Positions 49,984-60,617 of a DNA stretch of 64,000 bases are shown in pieces. How positions within the stretch are numbered: position 1 is the first letter of the stretch; each line of letters opens with the position of its first letter. The notes beneath the pieces are model-generated. The model was not told the DNA's origin, ran no database searches, and was given only the letters and a program-made list of their open reading frames with translations. A program made the position numbers and the translations under genes. Source of the stretch: an uncultured Nitrospinota bacterium (GTDB lineage Bacteria > Tectomicrobia > Entotheonellia > J063 > CAVPRW01); assembly GCA_963707985.1 (NCBI GenBank), contig CAVPRW010000015.1, positions 96,001 through 160,000 on the forward strand. The letters are read 5' to 3'.

Positions 49984-51711
49984 TTAAAACGCCTCATCGG
50001 CGGCGGCGATCGCGTCAAGGTCAGCGATGGTATAAGAGCCCAGACTTCTAAAATTCAGCTCTGTGTAGTTCTTAATCCACCGCATGGCGATCTTCACCGC
50101 CTTGCGATAGCGTTCTTCGGCCTCGGCATAGGCGGCTTTGTCGCGGTCACTGCGGATACTTGCCTGTAATCGGGAGAGAATATCCTCGCCTTCTTCCTGC
50201 AGTAACCGCTTGACTATGGCGAAGTCATGCACTTGTGAAGGGTCGTGGGAGTCGCGCGCACGATGCCGGATGCGCTGGGCGATTTGCGCAACCGACATGC
50301 GCCCAGTAGCCAGGTCTTCCATCAAAGCTGTATGCAAGCCCGGCCTGCCGGCCAAGCTATCGATGCCCTTAGCCCCGCGGCCATTCAGCCACCCCTCGAC
50401 ATATTCGATCACCATTCTGGCATTGCGACGCGTGCCCTCCATCGTGATGGGCCCCTCCGGGACCTTGATCTCGATGGGATAATTGTCCGGATTGGCCATC
50501 TCCGGCGTCGGTGTCCAGCCCGATGCGGCGACCTCTTTGAAGGGATCGGCTGCTGTCTTCATGTGGAAGATGTGGGCCACCCAGCCTCGGAGAAAGCCCT
50601 GTTGTGCCTCCCACACCTTGTCTGCCCGGATGGCTTCCGCCGCCATGCGATTCACTTCAGGATCGGGGTTGGGTAACGGCGTGGCCATCCCGCCGATAGG
50701 GGCAGCCCCGCGCTTTAAACAAATGGCGACTAGGCGTCGGAAGATATTCGCTAAAAACGGGGTGGTCTTGATGTCGACTCCAAATCGGTCTGGCCACACG
50801 GCATTGGGGTCGGCCATGGCGTACTCAAAAATACTGGCCTTGAAATCCCAGCGCGCTGCGTTCAAGCCTGCGGCATACGGACCCAGCGCGTAGAGCATCT
50901 CCTCCATCTGGTAGGCTGCGGGCAACGATTCGATCAGCGGAATGGCTTTGATCACGGCATCTCTGAGGAAGTCCAGTTGTGCGCGGCTGGCGTCGAATAG
51001 GTCGCGATAGAGCGCTGTCTCTTCGACAGTCTCCAGTTTGGGCAGATAAAAGTAAATGCCCTGGCCGCGGGCGGCCTGTTCTCGGCCGACATAGAACAGT
51101 GTCAGCGCAGTGCCGAGAGTACTGGCCGGAATGGCCACGCCGTCGACCGTCACCTCTGGTTCGTCGAGGTGTATGCCACGCTCACGATGCATGAAGAATG
51201 GCAGTTCGCCGTCGGCGATTTGATAGGTCCGGCCACGCTCGGGATCGCTGAAGGTCAATGTCCTCCGTGCCGCCTCCAGGCGGTTCCAGGTGGCTTTGAC
51301 GGTATCGCTGAGACAATGTCGGGCGGAGTCCTCATCGTCGTCCAGATCCCCTTCGGCGCGTGTCCCCTCTGGAGTGGGATTAAGGGCATTGATAAACATG
51401 TTGGTGATCGCGGCGGGTCCGGAGATCTCGATGCCAGGCTTGAGCAAATCGTCCGGAACGGTGGGCACCTGCCAATTGCCAGTGTTGATTTCAGACAGCG
51501 GCAGGTGTGCGGGCATCATCCCTTGCTCATGGGCTGCCTTGAGCATCTCGGCACGCCTGGCCCGCAAGCCATGGATGCGGGGCGTGAACTCATCGTGTAG
51601 CCGCACCAGATACTCAACGAATGCTGGGCTGAACAGCTCCGCTGCGCCTGATACCGGCGCAAAACGCAGGCGCGGTGTTGTTAACATCTGCGAGCTACCC
51701 TCTGTTGCCAT
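49984..51711 (-). CDS. Malate synthase
   Basis: EISGP, DEDS, YFYLPKLE, GLNAARWD, PIGGMA, LMEDLATGRMS. Confidence 0.85.
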   Translation of the reverse strand: MATEGSSQMLTTPRLRFAPVSGAAELFSPAFVEYLVRLHDEFTPRIHGLRARRAEMLKAAHEQGMMPAHLPLSEINTGNWQVPTVPDDLLKPGIEISGPAAITNMFINALNPTPEGTRAEGDLDDDEDSARHCLSDTVKATWNRLEAARRTLTFSDPERGRTYQIADGELPFFMHRERGIHLDEPEVTVDGVAIPASTLGTALTLFYVGREQAARGQGIYFYLPKLETVEETALYRDLFDASRAQLDFLRDAVIKAIPLIESLPAAYQMEEMLYALGPYAAGLNAARWDFKASIFEYAMADPNAVWPDRFGVDIKTTPFLANIFRRLVAICLKRGAAPIGGMATPLPNPDPEVNRMAAEAIRADKVWEAQQGFLRGWVAHIFHMKTAADPFKEVAASGWTPTPEMANPDNYPIEIKVPEGPITMEGTRRNARMVIEYVEGWLNGRGAKGIDSLAGRPGLHTALMEDLATGRMSVAQIAQRIRHRARDSHDPSQVHDFAIVKRLLQEEGEDILSRLQASIRSDRDKAAYAEAEERYRKAVKIAMRWIKNYTELNFRSLGSYTIADLDAIAAADEAF

Positions 51712-52179
51712 AACTAATCTCCTTTGTTGCAATCGAGGCTATCGGTTTCCCATCATGAGATCGCTTTAAGAAAGGGTCGGCACTGCTCCGACTGCAGCCC
51801 GCGGTTGCGTCAGGGTAAGCCTTCCATGCGAGTGCGTCGACCTCCAGGAGATGAGCAAGGGGGGGCCGCCGCGAGGTGTGACGAGACCGCGGCGATACAC
51901 CGAGTGTGAGCACATCAGGCACTGGCCGGCATGAGCCAAACCTTGACGGAGAATACCCGCCCTGTTCGCGAGACGATGATGACGTATAGGTGTTGTCAGT
52001 GCCTGACTACCAAATGGTGAGGAGGGTGTCAAGGTTTTTTTGTACGCTGGGGAGGTAGATGCAGCAGACGAGGGGTTGTATCCTGGTGGGAAGGGACCGG
52101 GTGAGGGGAAAAGCAGCGATGAGTCCTAACCCTCAGCCCAATCCTTTACCTACAAGGAATTGCAAGGACTGGTCAGGTT

Positions 52180-52446
52180 TTACAAGCTGGAGTTGTAGAG
52201 CTGTGTCGACCATGACGTGCCGCGCTGGGAGATAACGATGTCTAAAGCAGAATTAGCTCGAAATGGGTGGAATCGTTCGCGCTCGGGATCCCAGGTGCCA
52301 TAGGGGCTCACCGGTGGGATCTCCCGCGGGCTATGGGTGAAACCTTGGAACCACTGGTACAGACGATGCAGCCAATCCAGGCCACCAACCTCAGCAGGAA
52401 CGCCGATTTGGGGTCTGTGGTCGATTGTTTGGCTATGGGCACGCAT
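52180..52446 (-). CDS. Small hypothetical protein
   Basis: RBS GGAGG before ATG 52446; 88 aa; no recognisable motif. Confidence 0.5.
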   Translation of the reverse strand: MRAHSQTIDHRPQIGVPAEVGGLDWLHRLYQWFQGFTHSPREIPPVSPYGTWDPERERFHPFRANSALDIVISQRGTSWSTQLYNSSL

Positions 52447-52774
52447 ATGTTGTCTCTCCTCCATGAACGAAGCAGGGGGCATCTCTATGTACGTTATATG
52501 TGAGTGCCCCAACCGTATGTTTGACCATAATATTCGGTATATGATAGGAAAAATCCAATGAATTGTTTTTCTTCTAACCATGAAGAATTGTCATCCTAGA
52601 TCAGACCGTCCTGCCTGGTACCATTCGCTTGCCAGTTGAGAATTGAGCCTGAGGAAAGGTGTGAGGTGAGAGAGCTATGATACAGTTACAAGTGCTGCAG
52701 GCTGTCTGGAGAATCTCACAGCAGCGGTGAAAATCCCGTATGCGTGTACCCGATCACTGCGAGGAGGAACTCCT

Positions 52775-53275
52775 ATGACATTACAGGAAATCAGCCAATT
52801 GGTAGCCTTTAACCGGTGGGCCAACCAGTGTTTCCTCGAAGCGTTGAGCCAACTTCCCGCCGAGCAGTATGGACAAGACATGCATAGTAGCCATGGCGGC
52901 ATCCATGGGACACTGGCGCATATCATCGGGGCGGAGCGCGGTTGGCTCAGCCGCTGGCAGGGCAAGAGCGACACCGGCACGGCGGCCATCAACCAAATGC
53001 ATTCTGTTGCCGAGCTCCAAGCCTTCTGGGAAGGTGTCTGCGACGAGATGAGCCAATTCCTCACCAGCATGGATGATCAGAAGCTGCAAGAGACACTGTC
53101 GACGACTGCGCGCTCGGGAAGCCATAACGCTTCCTACGCGCAGATGATCCAGCACGTGATCGATCATTCCTCCTATCATCGTGGCCAAATCGTCACCATG
53201 CTGCGCCAACTCGGTGTGACGCCCCCTTCGACAGGATTGATCCGCTTCTATCGGGACGGGCCGGCTGGCCGGTAG
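52775..53275 (+). CDS. DinB-family protein
   Basis: FNRWAN, IHGTLAHI, HVIDHSSYHRGQ; RBS GAGGAGG. Confidence 0.9.
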   Translation: MTLQEISQLVAFNRWANQCFLEALSQLPAEQYGQDMHSSHGGIHGTLAHIIGAERGWLSRWQGKSDTGTAAINQMHSVAELQAFWEGVCDEMSQFLTSMDDQKLQETLSTTARSGSHNASYAQMIQHVIDHSSYHRGQIVTMLRQLGVTPPSTGLIRFYRDGPAGR

Positions 53276-53377
53276 GGCTCAACGGCCGAGGCGGTACCCC
53301 AGTTCGCTATTCCAACGGCGAGACCGAGCTGGGGTACCGGCATCGTACGGACCGTCACACCGCCATAGAGGCGTGTC

Positions 53378-54241
53378 TTACCCCTTGATGGTGAGGAGAA
53401 ACACGCCACACACGATGAGGATGGCGCCGACAATAATGCGCCCCGTGAGCTGCTCGACCCCCTTCAAGAATAGCCGGGTGAACGGCAATACGAACAGCGG
53501 CGCCGTGCCGGCCAACGGCGTGACCACGCTCACCTCCCCCAGGCCCAACGCCACCAGCACCAGAAACACACTGAGGTTTTCCGCGATCCCCGCCCCCACA
53601 AAATACACCAGGCCACGGCCGTGCCACACCAGCACCTGGCGATTTCCCGACGCCAGAAGAAAAGCCATAAACGTGATGAGTGCGGTCGTAATGTTCACGG
53701 CAGAGCCAAACAACGGCCCTGCATGGCTGAGGCCGAGCTTGCGGATGATCGCCACCGCGCCGAAGCACGAGGCGGAGAGGAAGGGGTAGAACAGGTCCAA
53801 AGGCTGGAAACCCACCTGCCGTCCACTCAGCGACAACAGTGTCGTTCCCAGCACGATGACGCCTGTACCGGCGATCATCGGCAGCGTGACCTGCTCACCG
53901 AGCACAAAGATGGCCAAAGCACTGGCGATAAATGGATTCAGGTTGATGATCGAGGCGGCCACAGGGGCCCCGACTTTTTCGATGCTGACGAAACGGAGCA
54001 GTCGGCCTCCAGCCGTGCCGATGATCCCCGACAACACGAATAGGGGAATGGCACTGGATCGATAGGCATCAGCGGGCTCCAGCACCAGGACGGCGCCCCA
54101 AAATCCCACCACCCCCACGATGACGTTGATCCAGAATCCGACATAGAAATTACCGTGTCGTAACCCCTGGCGGATGAACACCGTTGCCAAAGCTGAGCAC
54201 ATGGCAGCAGCGAGCGCGAGCAGCTGCGGTGCATGAGACAC
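53378..54241 (-). CDS. EamA/DMT transporter
   Basis: About ten hydrophobic segments in two repeats. Confidence 0.88.
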   Translation of the reverse strand: MSHAPQLLALAAAMCSALATVFIRQGLRHGNFYVGFWINVIVGVVGFWGAVLVLEPADAYRSSAIPLFVLSGIIGTAGGRLLRFVSIEKVGAPVAASIINLNPFIASALAIFVLGEQVTLPMIAGTGVIVLGTTLLSLSGRQVGFQPLDLFYPFLSASCFGAVAIIRKLGLSHAGPLFGSAVNITTALITFMAFLLASGNRQVLVWHGRGLVYFVGAGIAENLSVFLVLVALGLGEVSVVTPLAGTAPLFVLPFTRLFLKGVEQLTGRIIVGAILIVCGVFLLTIKG

Positions 54242-54527
54242 CGAGTGATTCCTTCTCTAGACGATCTGTGTGCGATGACAGCCTGATGACATCAGCGTGT
54301 GCATGGTTCGTCGGCAAAGGGCGCCATTCTAGCACGCGAGACGTGCTCCACGAGCGACAATTTCCAGGTGCGACACCCTCCCTACGGATGATCGCGACGG
54401 CGCCCGACGAGGAAACTCCAGGTAAGGTATGCGAGATTCCGATCGCCTGCGAAAACGATTTACCTCGCTGTTGCAATCTGCTAGAGTCGGGAAAAACACC
54501 TGTACACCCATGACAAAGGAGTGATCG

Positions 54528-55700
54528 ATGGCTACTGTACAAGCACCACCGTTTCCGAATTTTGCCCCTGTTCTCGAAAAAGACGCCCCGGTCCGGCAAG
54601 GTATCGATGAGGCCTGCCTCGAGCGCCTTTATGAGCGGATCGAGACGCATATCGCCGCCGGTTGGTATCCCGGCGCTGCCCTTGCCATGGCCCGCCATGG
54701 CATATTGGTGGCGGCTCGGAGCTTTGGCGTCGCACGCCTGGCAGGGGCGGGTCAACCAGCTGTGGCCGCGGATCAGGAGACCATGTGGCTGCTGTATTCG
54801 CAGACGAAGCCGATCACGTCGTGTGCCATCTGGTATCTGGTGGAGCATGGGCTCCTGCGTTTCCACGACGCCGTGGCCGATTACATCCCTGAATTCTCGC
54901 GGTTTGGCAAGGGCGGGGTGACGCTACACCACGTGCTGTCGCATCAGGCCGGATTTCCCGATGCCAATGTGCCCCCCGAGGCCTGGGAGAACCATACACT
55001 TCTGCGCGAGTGTGTGTGCAACTTCACGCTCGACTGGGAACCCGGCGCTCGAGTCAAGTATCACACTGCCGCCGCGCACTGGACTCAGGCCGTCCTCATC
55101 GAGGCGGTCACCGGTCAAGACTACCGCCAGTTCATCCGCGACCACGTGTTGGAGCCACTGGGACTGCACGGCTTGCGGGTTGGTGTGCCGGATGCGCTGC
55201 ACGATCGACTGGCGGGAGCCTATCAGCGTACTGAGAGCGGGGAGCACGAGACGCTAGCGGATCGGAACACCCCGGCCTTCTGGCGTGCCGGCGTGCCAGG
55301 GGGAGGAGGATACAGCACCGCCACCGATCTGGTGACCTTCTATCAAATGTTACTCCACCTCGGAGCGCTCAATGGCACCCGCATCCTGGGACCGCGCACC
55401 GTCCAATACGTGACGCGTAATCATACCGGAGACCGCATCGACGAGCGCTTTGGCCTGCCGATGCATCGCGGCTTGGGGGTCCATGTGCGCGGCTTATCGC
55501 CGATGATCCGCGGCCTGGGGAGCACCGCCGCCCCCAACACGTTTGGCCACGGCGGTGCGGGGACGTCCTATTCGTGGGCGGACCCGGATACCGGGGTGTC
55601 ATTCACCTATCTGACCAATTCGCAGATGGCCGAGCCCTATCACAGCAAACGCCTGGATGAGATCATGACCATCGCCCACGCGGCTGTTGTCGAGCTTTGA
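54528..55700 (+). CDS. Serine hydrolase (beta-lactamase family)
   Basis: SxxK as SQTK, LSHQAG, FGHGGAG. Confidence 0.9.
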   Translation: MATVQAPPFPNFAPVLEKDAPVRQGIDEACLERLYERIETHIAAGWYPGAALAMARHGILVAARSFGVARLAGAGQPAVAADQETMWLLYSQTKPITSCAIWYLVEHGLLRFHDAVADYIPEFSRFGKGGVTLHHVLSHQAGFPDANVPPEAWENHTLLRECVCNFTLDWEPGARVKYHTAAAHWTQAVLIEAVTGQDYRQFIRDHVLEPLGLHGLRVGVPDALHDRLAGAYQRTESGEHETLADRNTPAFWRAGVPGGGGYSTATDLVTFYQMLLHLGALNGTRILGPRTVQYVTRNHTGDRIDERFGLPMHRGLGVHVRGLSPMIRGLGSTAAPNTFGHGGAGTSYSWADPDTGVSFTYLTNSQMAEPYHSKRLDEIMTIAHAAVVEL

Positions 55701-55855
55701 GATCAAAGGGCAGAATCCTAGCGCTTTCTCCGGCATCGCCGATGTCGTGCGCTGGGATGCGGTCTGGTGGGATCAGTCGGAAGGCAGAGTGAAGGAGAGG
55801 GGGTGGCGTCTGGCCAGACTCGCCACTCCATCCCCTCCCCCTCAATCATCCATCG

Positions 55856-56845
55856 TTAGCACGGCAGCCACAGCACGCTGGAGATTTCGCTAAACTCCCG
55901 CGCCAGCTTCCTCCAGGAATCCCCGCCGTCATCGCTGCGATACAGATAGCCATAGCGACTACCCGCAAAGACAATGTTGGGGTCGACCGGTTGCAGGTGC
56001 ACGACCCACATGGCCGTATTGGGCTGGACCGGGAGAGGTAGATTTTCCCAGGTCTTGCCGGCATCTTTCGAACGCATCACCGTTCCGGTGCGCCCTGGAG
56101 TGGTATCGCCGATGGTCACGAAGACCGTCTTGGCATGACCTGGCTGGACCGCGATGCCCCGTGGATAGGTCCACGGGAAGACTTCCTTGACATGCAGGGG
56201 AGTCCAGGTGCCGCCCTCATCGGTGCTGGTGTACACTTCATTATTGACGACGATGAAGACGGTCTTGGGTGGGCCTCCTGCCACCGCGACATTGTGGACA
56301 TCCGGATTCGGGATGGCGCCGTTGATCGCCGTCCAGGTTTCCCCACCATCGGTGCTATGCCGAGCGCCGTCGACTTCGATGCCGACCCAGATCTGCTGGC
56401 GGTCCAGCGGATCGATCGCAATGCCTGTGACACGCGGGATCCCCACATTCGGGCACTCATCAGCGATACCCGCCGGGCGTTCCTCCCAATGGACGCCGCC
56501 ATCGGTGGAACGGAAAACCTTCGACGGGGTCGGTGTGCCGGTTCCCGCAAACATCACCTCAGTGACCACAGGATCAACGGCCAGCGCCCAGACGGCATAG
56601 TTGGTCAGGGGAGAATCTATCAGCCGCCACTTCTCCCCCGCGTCGTCGCTGCGATACAATCCCTTCTCGGTGCCAGCAAAAACGATTTCGGGCCGGTGCG
56701 GGTGATTCAGCAGCGTGCGCACCATCGCATCAGAGTGCATCCCCTGGCCGATCCCCACACGCCGCCAGGTCGCCCCATCGTCACCGCTACGCATGATACC
56801 TTGCCCTACGGTTCCTACCAGGATCGTTGTCGATGCCATGGCCAT
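55856..56845 (-). CDS. BNR/Asp-box repeat beta-propeller protein
   Basis: Repeated SxDGGxTW motifs. Confidence 0.88.
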   Translation of the reverse strand: MAMASTTILVGTVGQGIMRSGDDGATWRRVGIGQGMHSDAMVRTLLNHPHRPEIVFAGTEKGLYRSDDAGEKWRLIDSPLTNYAVWALAVDPVVTEVMFAGTGTPTPSKVFRSTDGGVHWEERPAGIADECPNVGIPRVTGIAIDPLDRQQIWVGIEVDGARHSTDGGETWTAINGAIPNPDVHNVAVAGGPPKTVFIVVNNEVYTSTDEGGTWTPLHVKEVFPWTYPRGIAVQPGHAKTVFVTIGDTTPGRTGTVMRSKDAGKTWENLPLPVQPNTAMWVVHLQPVDPNIVFAGSRYGYLYRSDDGGDSWRKLAREFSEISSVLWLPC

Positions 56846-57177
56846 GCCTCCCTCTAGGGTCCAAACCCTTCTAAGTGCCTGACGTACCCTCGTGCTCTGG
56901 CGCTCTCCGCCACTGAGCGCCACGTCTGCACGCCCTTCGCCTCCATCCTCCTGCAGTGCGAGCATGAATGTGAGATTCGTCGTTGACGCCTCTTTAGCCA
57001 TAAACGACGCCCCATCCACCCTGGTGGCAGAGAGTTAGATGCTATTGTCGCATGCACCCCACATGGGGTCAAGCTCTGTTGCGCAGGCGCTGTCGCGTTG
57101 AATTGCTGAAGGCTGTCGTGCCTGTACCTGCGCCAGCCATTGTTGTCCAAAGCCCATCACCGACTCGATGCTGCCGC

Positions 57178-59140
57178 CTAGACACCAACTCTGCCATGCA
57201 GAGCACGCCAGATTTTCTCAGCAGTTAACGGCGTGTCGAGATGGCGCACGCCCACGCTGGAAAGTGCATCCATCACCGCATTGGCCAGAGCTACTGGCGC
57301 GGCCACCGTTGGCAACTCGCCGATGCCTTTCACGCCCAGGGGATTGGTGGGCGAGGGAGTTTCCATGGTTTCTAAGAGCAGCGGCGGTAGCGCAGCTGCC
57401 TTTGGGACGGCATAGTCCAGTAGAGTTCCCGTCAGGGACTGGCCTTCCAGCGTGTAAACGACACCTTCCATCAAGGCTTGCCCAACTCCCTGGGCGATGC
57501 CGCCATACATCTGCCCCTCCACCAGCTTCGGATTGATGATGCGGCCGCAATCGTGCACAGCGACGTAGCGCACGATGTGCACCTCGCCGCTGTCACGATC
57601 GATCTCGACGACCGCCACTTGCGCGCCGAAGGCATAGGGATTTGCCGGCAGGGTATAGGTACCGCTGCACTCCAGCCCTGCTTCGACGCCAGGAGGTAGG
57701 AAGGCCCCGTCATAGGCCGCAGCAGCGACCGCAGCGAAGGACATGGTCTGTTCGAGGTGGTGGCGACGGCAGATCTGCCCTCCCTGGAAGATGATCTCCT
57801 CTTCAGAGCATTGGAGCTGGTGAGCAGCGATACGCGCGAGTTTGCGGCGCACTTCTTGGAGCACTGCGTACAGGGCAGATCCGTCAACCGTCAGACCACG
57901 GCTGGCCCCGGTACCGCCACCTTCGGGGAACATGGCTGTATCCCCATACTGGACGTCCACCTCGGCAGGGCTTACTCCCAGCTCATCGGCCACGATCTGA
58001 GCGAAGGTCGTGCCAGAGCCCTGACCATGCGGCGACACGCCAGTGTAGGCGGTGACATGCCCCGTCGGGGCGATCGTCACCTGCGCGCTATCGGTGCGGT
58101 AGGCTCCCTGGGCGCCGGAAGCTTTGACGACGGTCGCCAAGCCCACGCCGATGAGCGGCTCTGTAGAGCCCCTCGGCTGCCGCGCACGCTCGCGCCAGTG
58201 GGCGTAATCCGCCAACTCCAAAGCCCGCTCGAAGCCTCGTGCATAATCGCCGGAGTCATAGGTCATGCCGGTAGGAGTGCTGTAGGGGAAGGCATCGGGA
58301 GAGACGAAGTTCTTCCGGCGTACTTCGGCCGGATCGAGATTGAGGTCGTTCGCGATCAGATCGACTGTGCGTTCCGTGCAAAAGGCCGCTTCGGGGCCTC
58401 CGGCGCCACGGTAGGCCCCGGTGGGTGGTTTGTTGGTGAAGACGCCCCGCACCTCGATGCTGATCGCTGGTATCTTGTATGGCCCGGCGATACGATGGCT
58501 GGTCAGCAGGGGAACCAACGTGGTGGACGAAAGGCAATAGGCCCCCAGATCGGCGATGATACGCACGCGCAGGCCCAGAATGGAGCCATCACGCTTCACG
58601 GCTGCTTCGACATCGAGCCGTATGGCCCCGGCCGTGGAAGGTAAGCATGTTTTCTTGCCGGTCAGCCACCCATTTCACCGGCTTCCCCAAGATCAGGGAG
58701 AGATACGGGACAGCTACGTCCTCGGGGAACATACACCCTTTTTCACCGAAGCTCCCTCCCACGTCGGCCGCGATCACGCGCATACGGCTCTGTGGGCGCT
58801 TGAGGATCGGAGCCAGATACCGTCTGATACGGTGCGGTGCCTGGGTAGAGTTCCATACCGTCAAAAAGTCCTCGTCGGCTTGGTAGGAGGCCGCCACCCC
58901 TCGGGTTTCCAAGGGCACGGGGGCCAGACGTTGGACATGATAGCGCTGTTGGATGACGCGATCAGCCTGGGCAAAGGCCGCCGACACGTCGATCGACCGG
59001 ATACGCGCATGCGCATGTGGGCTACGCAGCACCGCAGCGTGGAGCATACCAGGCAATTGAACGTCATCGACATAGGAACCCCGGCCTGTTAGCAGTTTAG
59101 GGTCCTCGAACCGATTCAGCGGCTGCCCTGCGTAGGTCAT
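57178..59140 (-). pseudogene. CoxL-like molybdopterin subunit with internal deletion and frameshift near 58600
   Basis: RSPHAHARIRSIDVSAA joins directly to FAQADRVIQQRY; AYRGAG loop; C-part in another frame. Confidence 0.8.
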
Positions 59141-59274
59141 CCTCCACCTCCCTGCATGTGGGTTCTGAGCGGGCGTCAAATACATGAGACGATTTTCGAG
59201 CTGATTGTATAATAGGGCCAACGATTACTCCAGGCGTGAATTGACAGCTATCAGCTTCGACCGCGGCACCGTCG

Positions 59275-59304
59275 TTGACACCGACAAACAGGCATGGCTA
59301 TAAT
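59275..59304 (+). promoter_or_regulatory. Consensus sigma70 promoter
   Basis: TTGACA-N18-TATAAT. Confidence 0.65.
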
Positions 59305-59360
59305 CCACAGGTGAAGTGACAGAAATAGATGGTTGTGGGCGCGTCTCAATGGTGATGTGT

Positions 59361-59900
59361 TATAGCTGTCCACTTAAGCCACGGCCTTCAAATGGTGGTG
59401 ATGGGTTTGTCTTCGTACCACGGGCTGGCACTTCCAGCCTCGCAGCTGATCGGAGACCGACGGCCGACGACCGACGGCGTGAGTTGGGATCTTTGCCAGC
59501 GTGCGTAAGGAGGGCGGCGATCTTAACCTAGCGCTGTGTGGGCGATGGACTGACAAGACTGGCTAGCTGCAAGGTCGAACGTCTAGGGTGAAGCGGCGCT
59601 TCCGTGTGTGGCGCACCGACCTACAGTGGACGAGTCTTCAGATGATGTGTATGCGCGCGGCATGCAGGAGCGTCTTCAAGGAACATGGCTGCTCGGCATG
59701 AAGCGCATCCATGCGTTCCACCGACCTGTCGAATCTGCTGCTCAGTTCGACCTCCTATCACACGCGATGATGGTCAGCACCTACCACCGCTGGCCGATCC
59801 GGGGCGGTAGATTCGTCAGGAAGAAACCTTCGCCCTTGGGGGTATGGACCCCGATTAGGAGACGGGGCAGCGGGTGTTTGTCCCCGCCGACATGGCCATC
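59361..59900 (-). pseudogene. Inverted degenerate 3' fragment of the IS4-like transposase
   Basis: Homologous to about 61510-62109 (HPLPRLLIGVHTPKG..FFLTNLPPRIG; RRPSVSDQLRGWK). Confidence 0.85.
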
Positions 59901-59927
59901 GAATAAGGCATCGAAAAAGGAGATTAG

Positions 59928-60596
59928 ATGACCAGATTGCGGGTTCGTGCCTTTATCAGAGAGAAAATTTTCAAGGACTCTTTGCAAGATATCTTTTTCA
60001 GGATATATCAGAAAAATAGTTGGGGTAATAAAGAGTCCATATCCGGCGACGGTTCTGATATTACACAAACTACAATAATTCGAAAAGACATAGCAAAATT
60101 AGTCAAAAAGCTAAACATAAACTCTTTGCTTGATGCACCTTGCGGTGATTTTTACTGGCTGAAAGAGGTAGATCTAAGATTGAACAGATATATCGGAGCG
60201 GATATTGTTCCCGAACTGGTGGCAGCAAACGAGCGGAGGCACGGTAGTGAAATAAGGGCGTTTGTCGTATTAGATATAACCAAAGACGATTTACCGCAAT
60301 CAGACATGATACTTTGCCGAGACTGTTTAGTACATCTTCCCCTACGTGCAGCGATTGAAGCTCTTAGAAATTTCAAAAGAAGTGGTTCAATATACTTACT
60401 AACCACAACATACCCTGGGCTCGTAAAGAAAAATAAAGAACTCATGATTACAGGTAATTGGAGACCTTTAGATCTACAACTGCCACCATTTTCACTCCCA
60501 AAGCCGATTCGCATTATTAACGAGGGATGTACCGAGAAAGGTGATTATAAGGAAAAAAGCCTCTGTTTATGGAAACTTACAGAGTGTCAAATATGA
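59928..60596 (+). CDS. Class I SAM-dependent methyltransferase, AT-rich
   Basis: IYQKNSWG.ESISGDGS, LLDAPCGDF, YIGADIV, DMILCRDCLVHL; visibly lower GC than its flanks. Confidence 0.88.
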   Translation: MTRLRVRAFIREKIFKDSLQDIFFRIYQKNSWGNKESISGDGSDITQTTIIRKDIAKLVKKLNINSLLDAPCGDFYWLKEVDLRLNRYIGADIVPELVAANERRHGSEIRAFVVLDITKDDLPQSDMILCRDCLVHLPLRAAIEALRNFKRSGSIYLLTTTYPGLVKKNKELMITGNWRPLDLQLPPFSLPKPIRIINEGCTEKGDYKEKSLCLWKLTECQI

Positions 60597-60617
60597 CTGC
60601 GGCGGATGGCCCATTTC

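Noticed and set aside
51735..52035. Riboswitch in the malate synthase leader
   Set aside because: There is a TCAGGCACTG/CAGTGCCTGA inverted repeat, but I cannot match any known aptamer consensus by eye.
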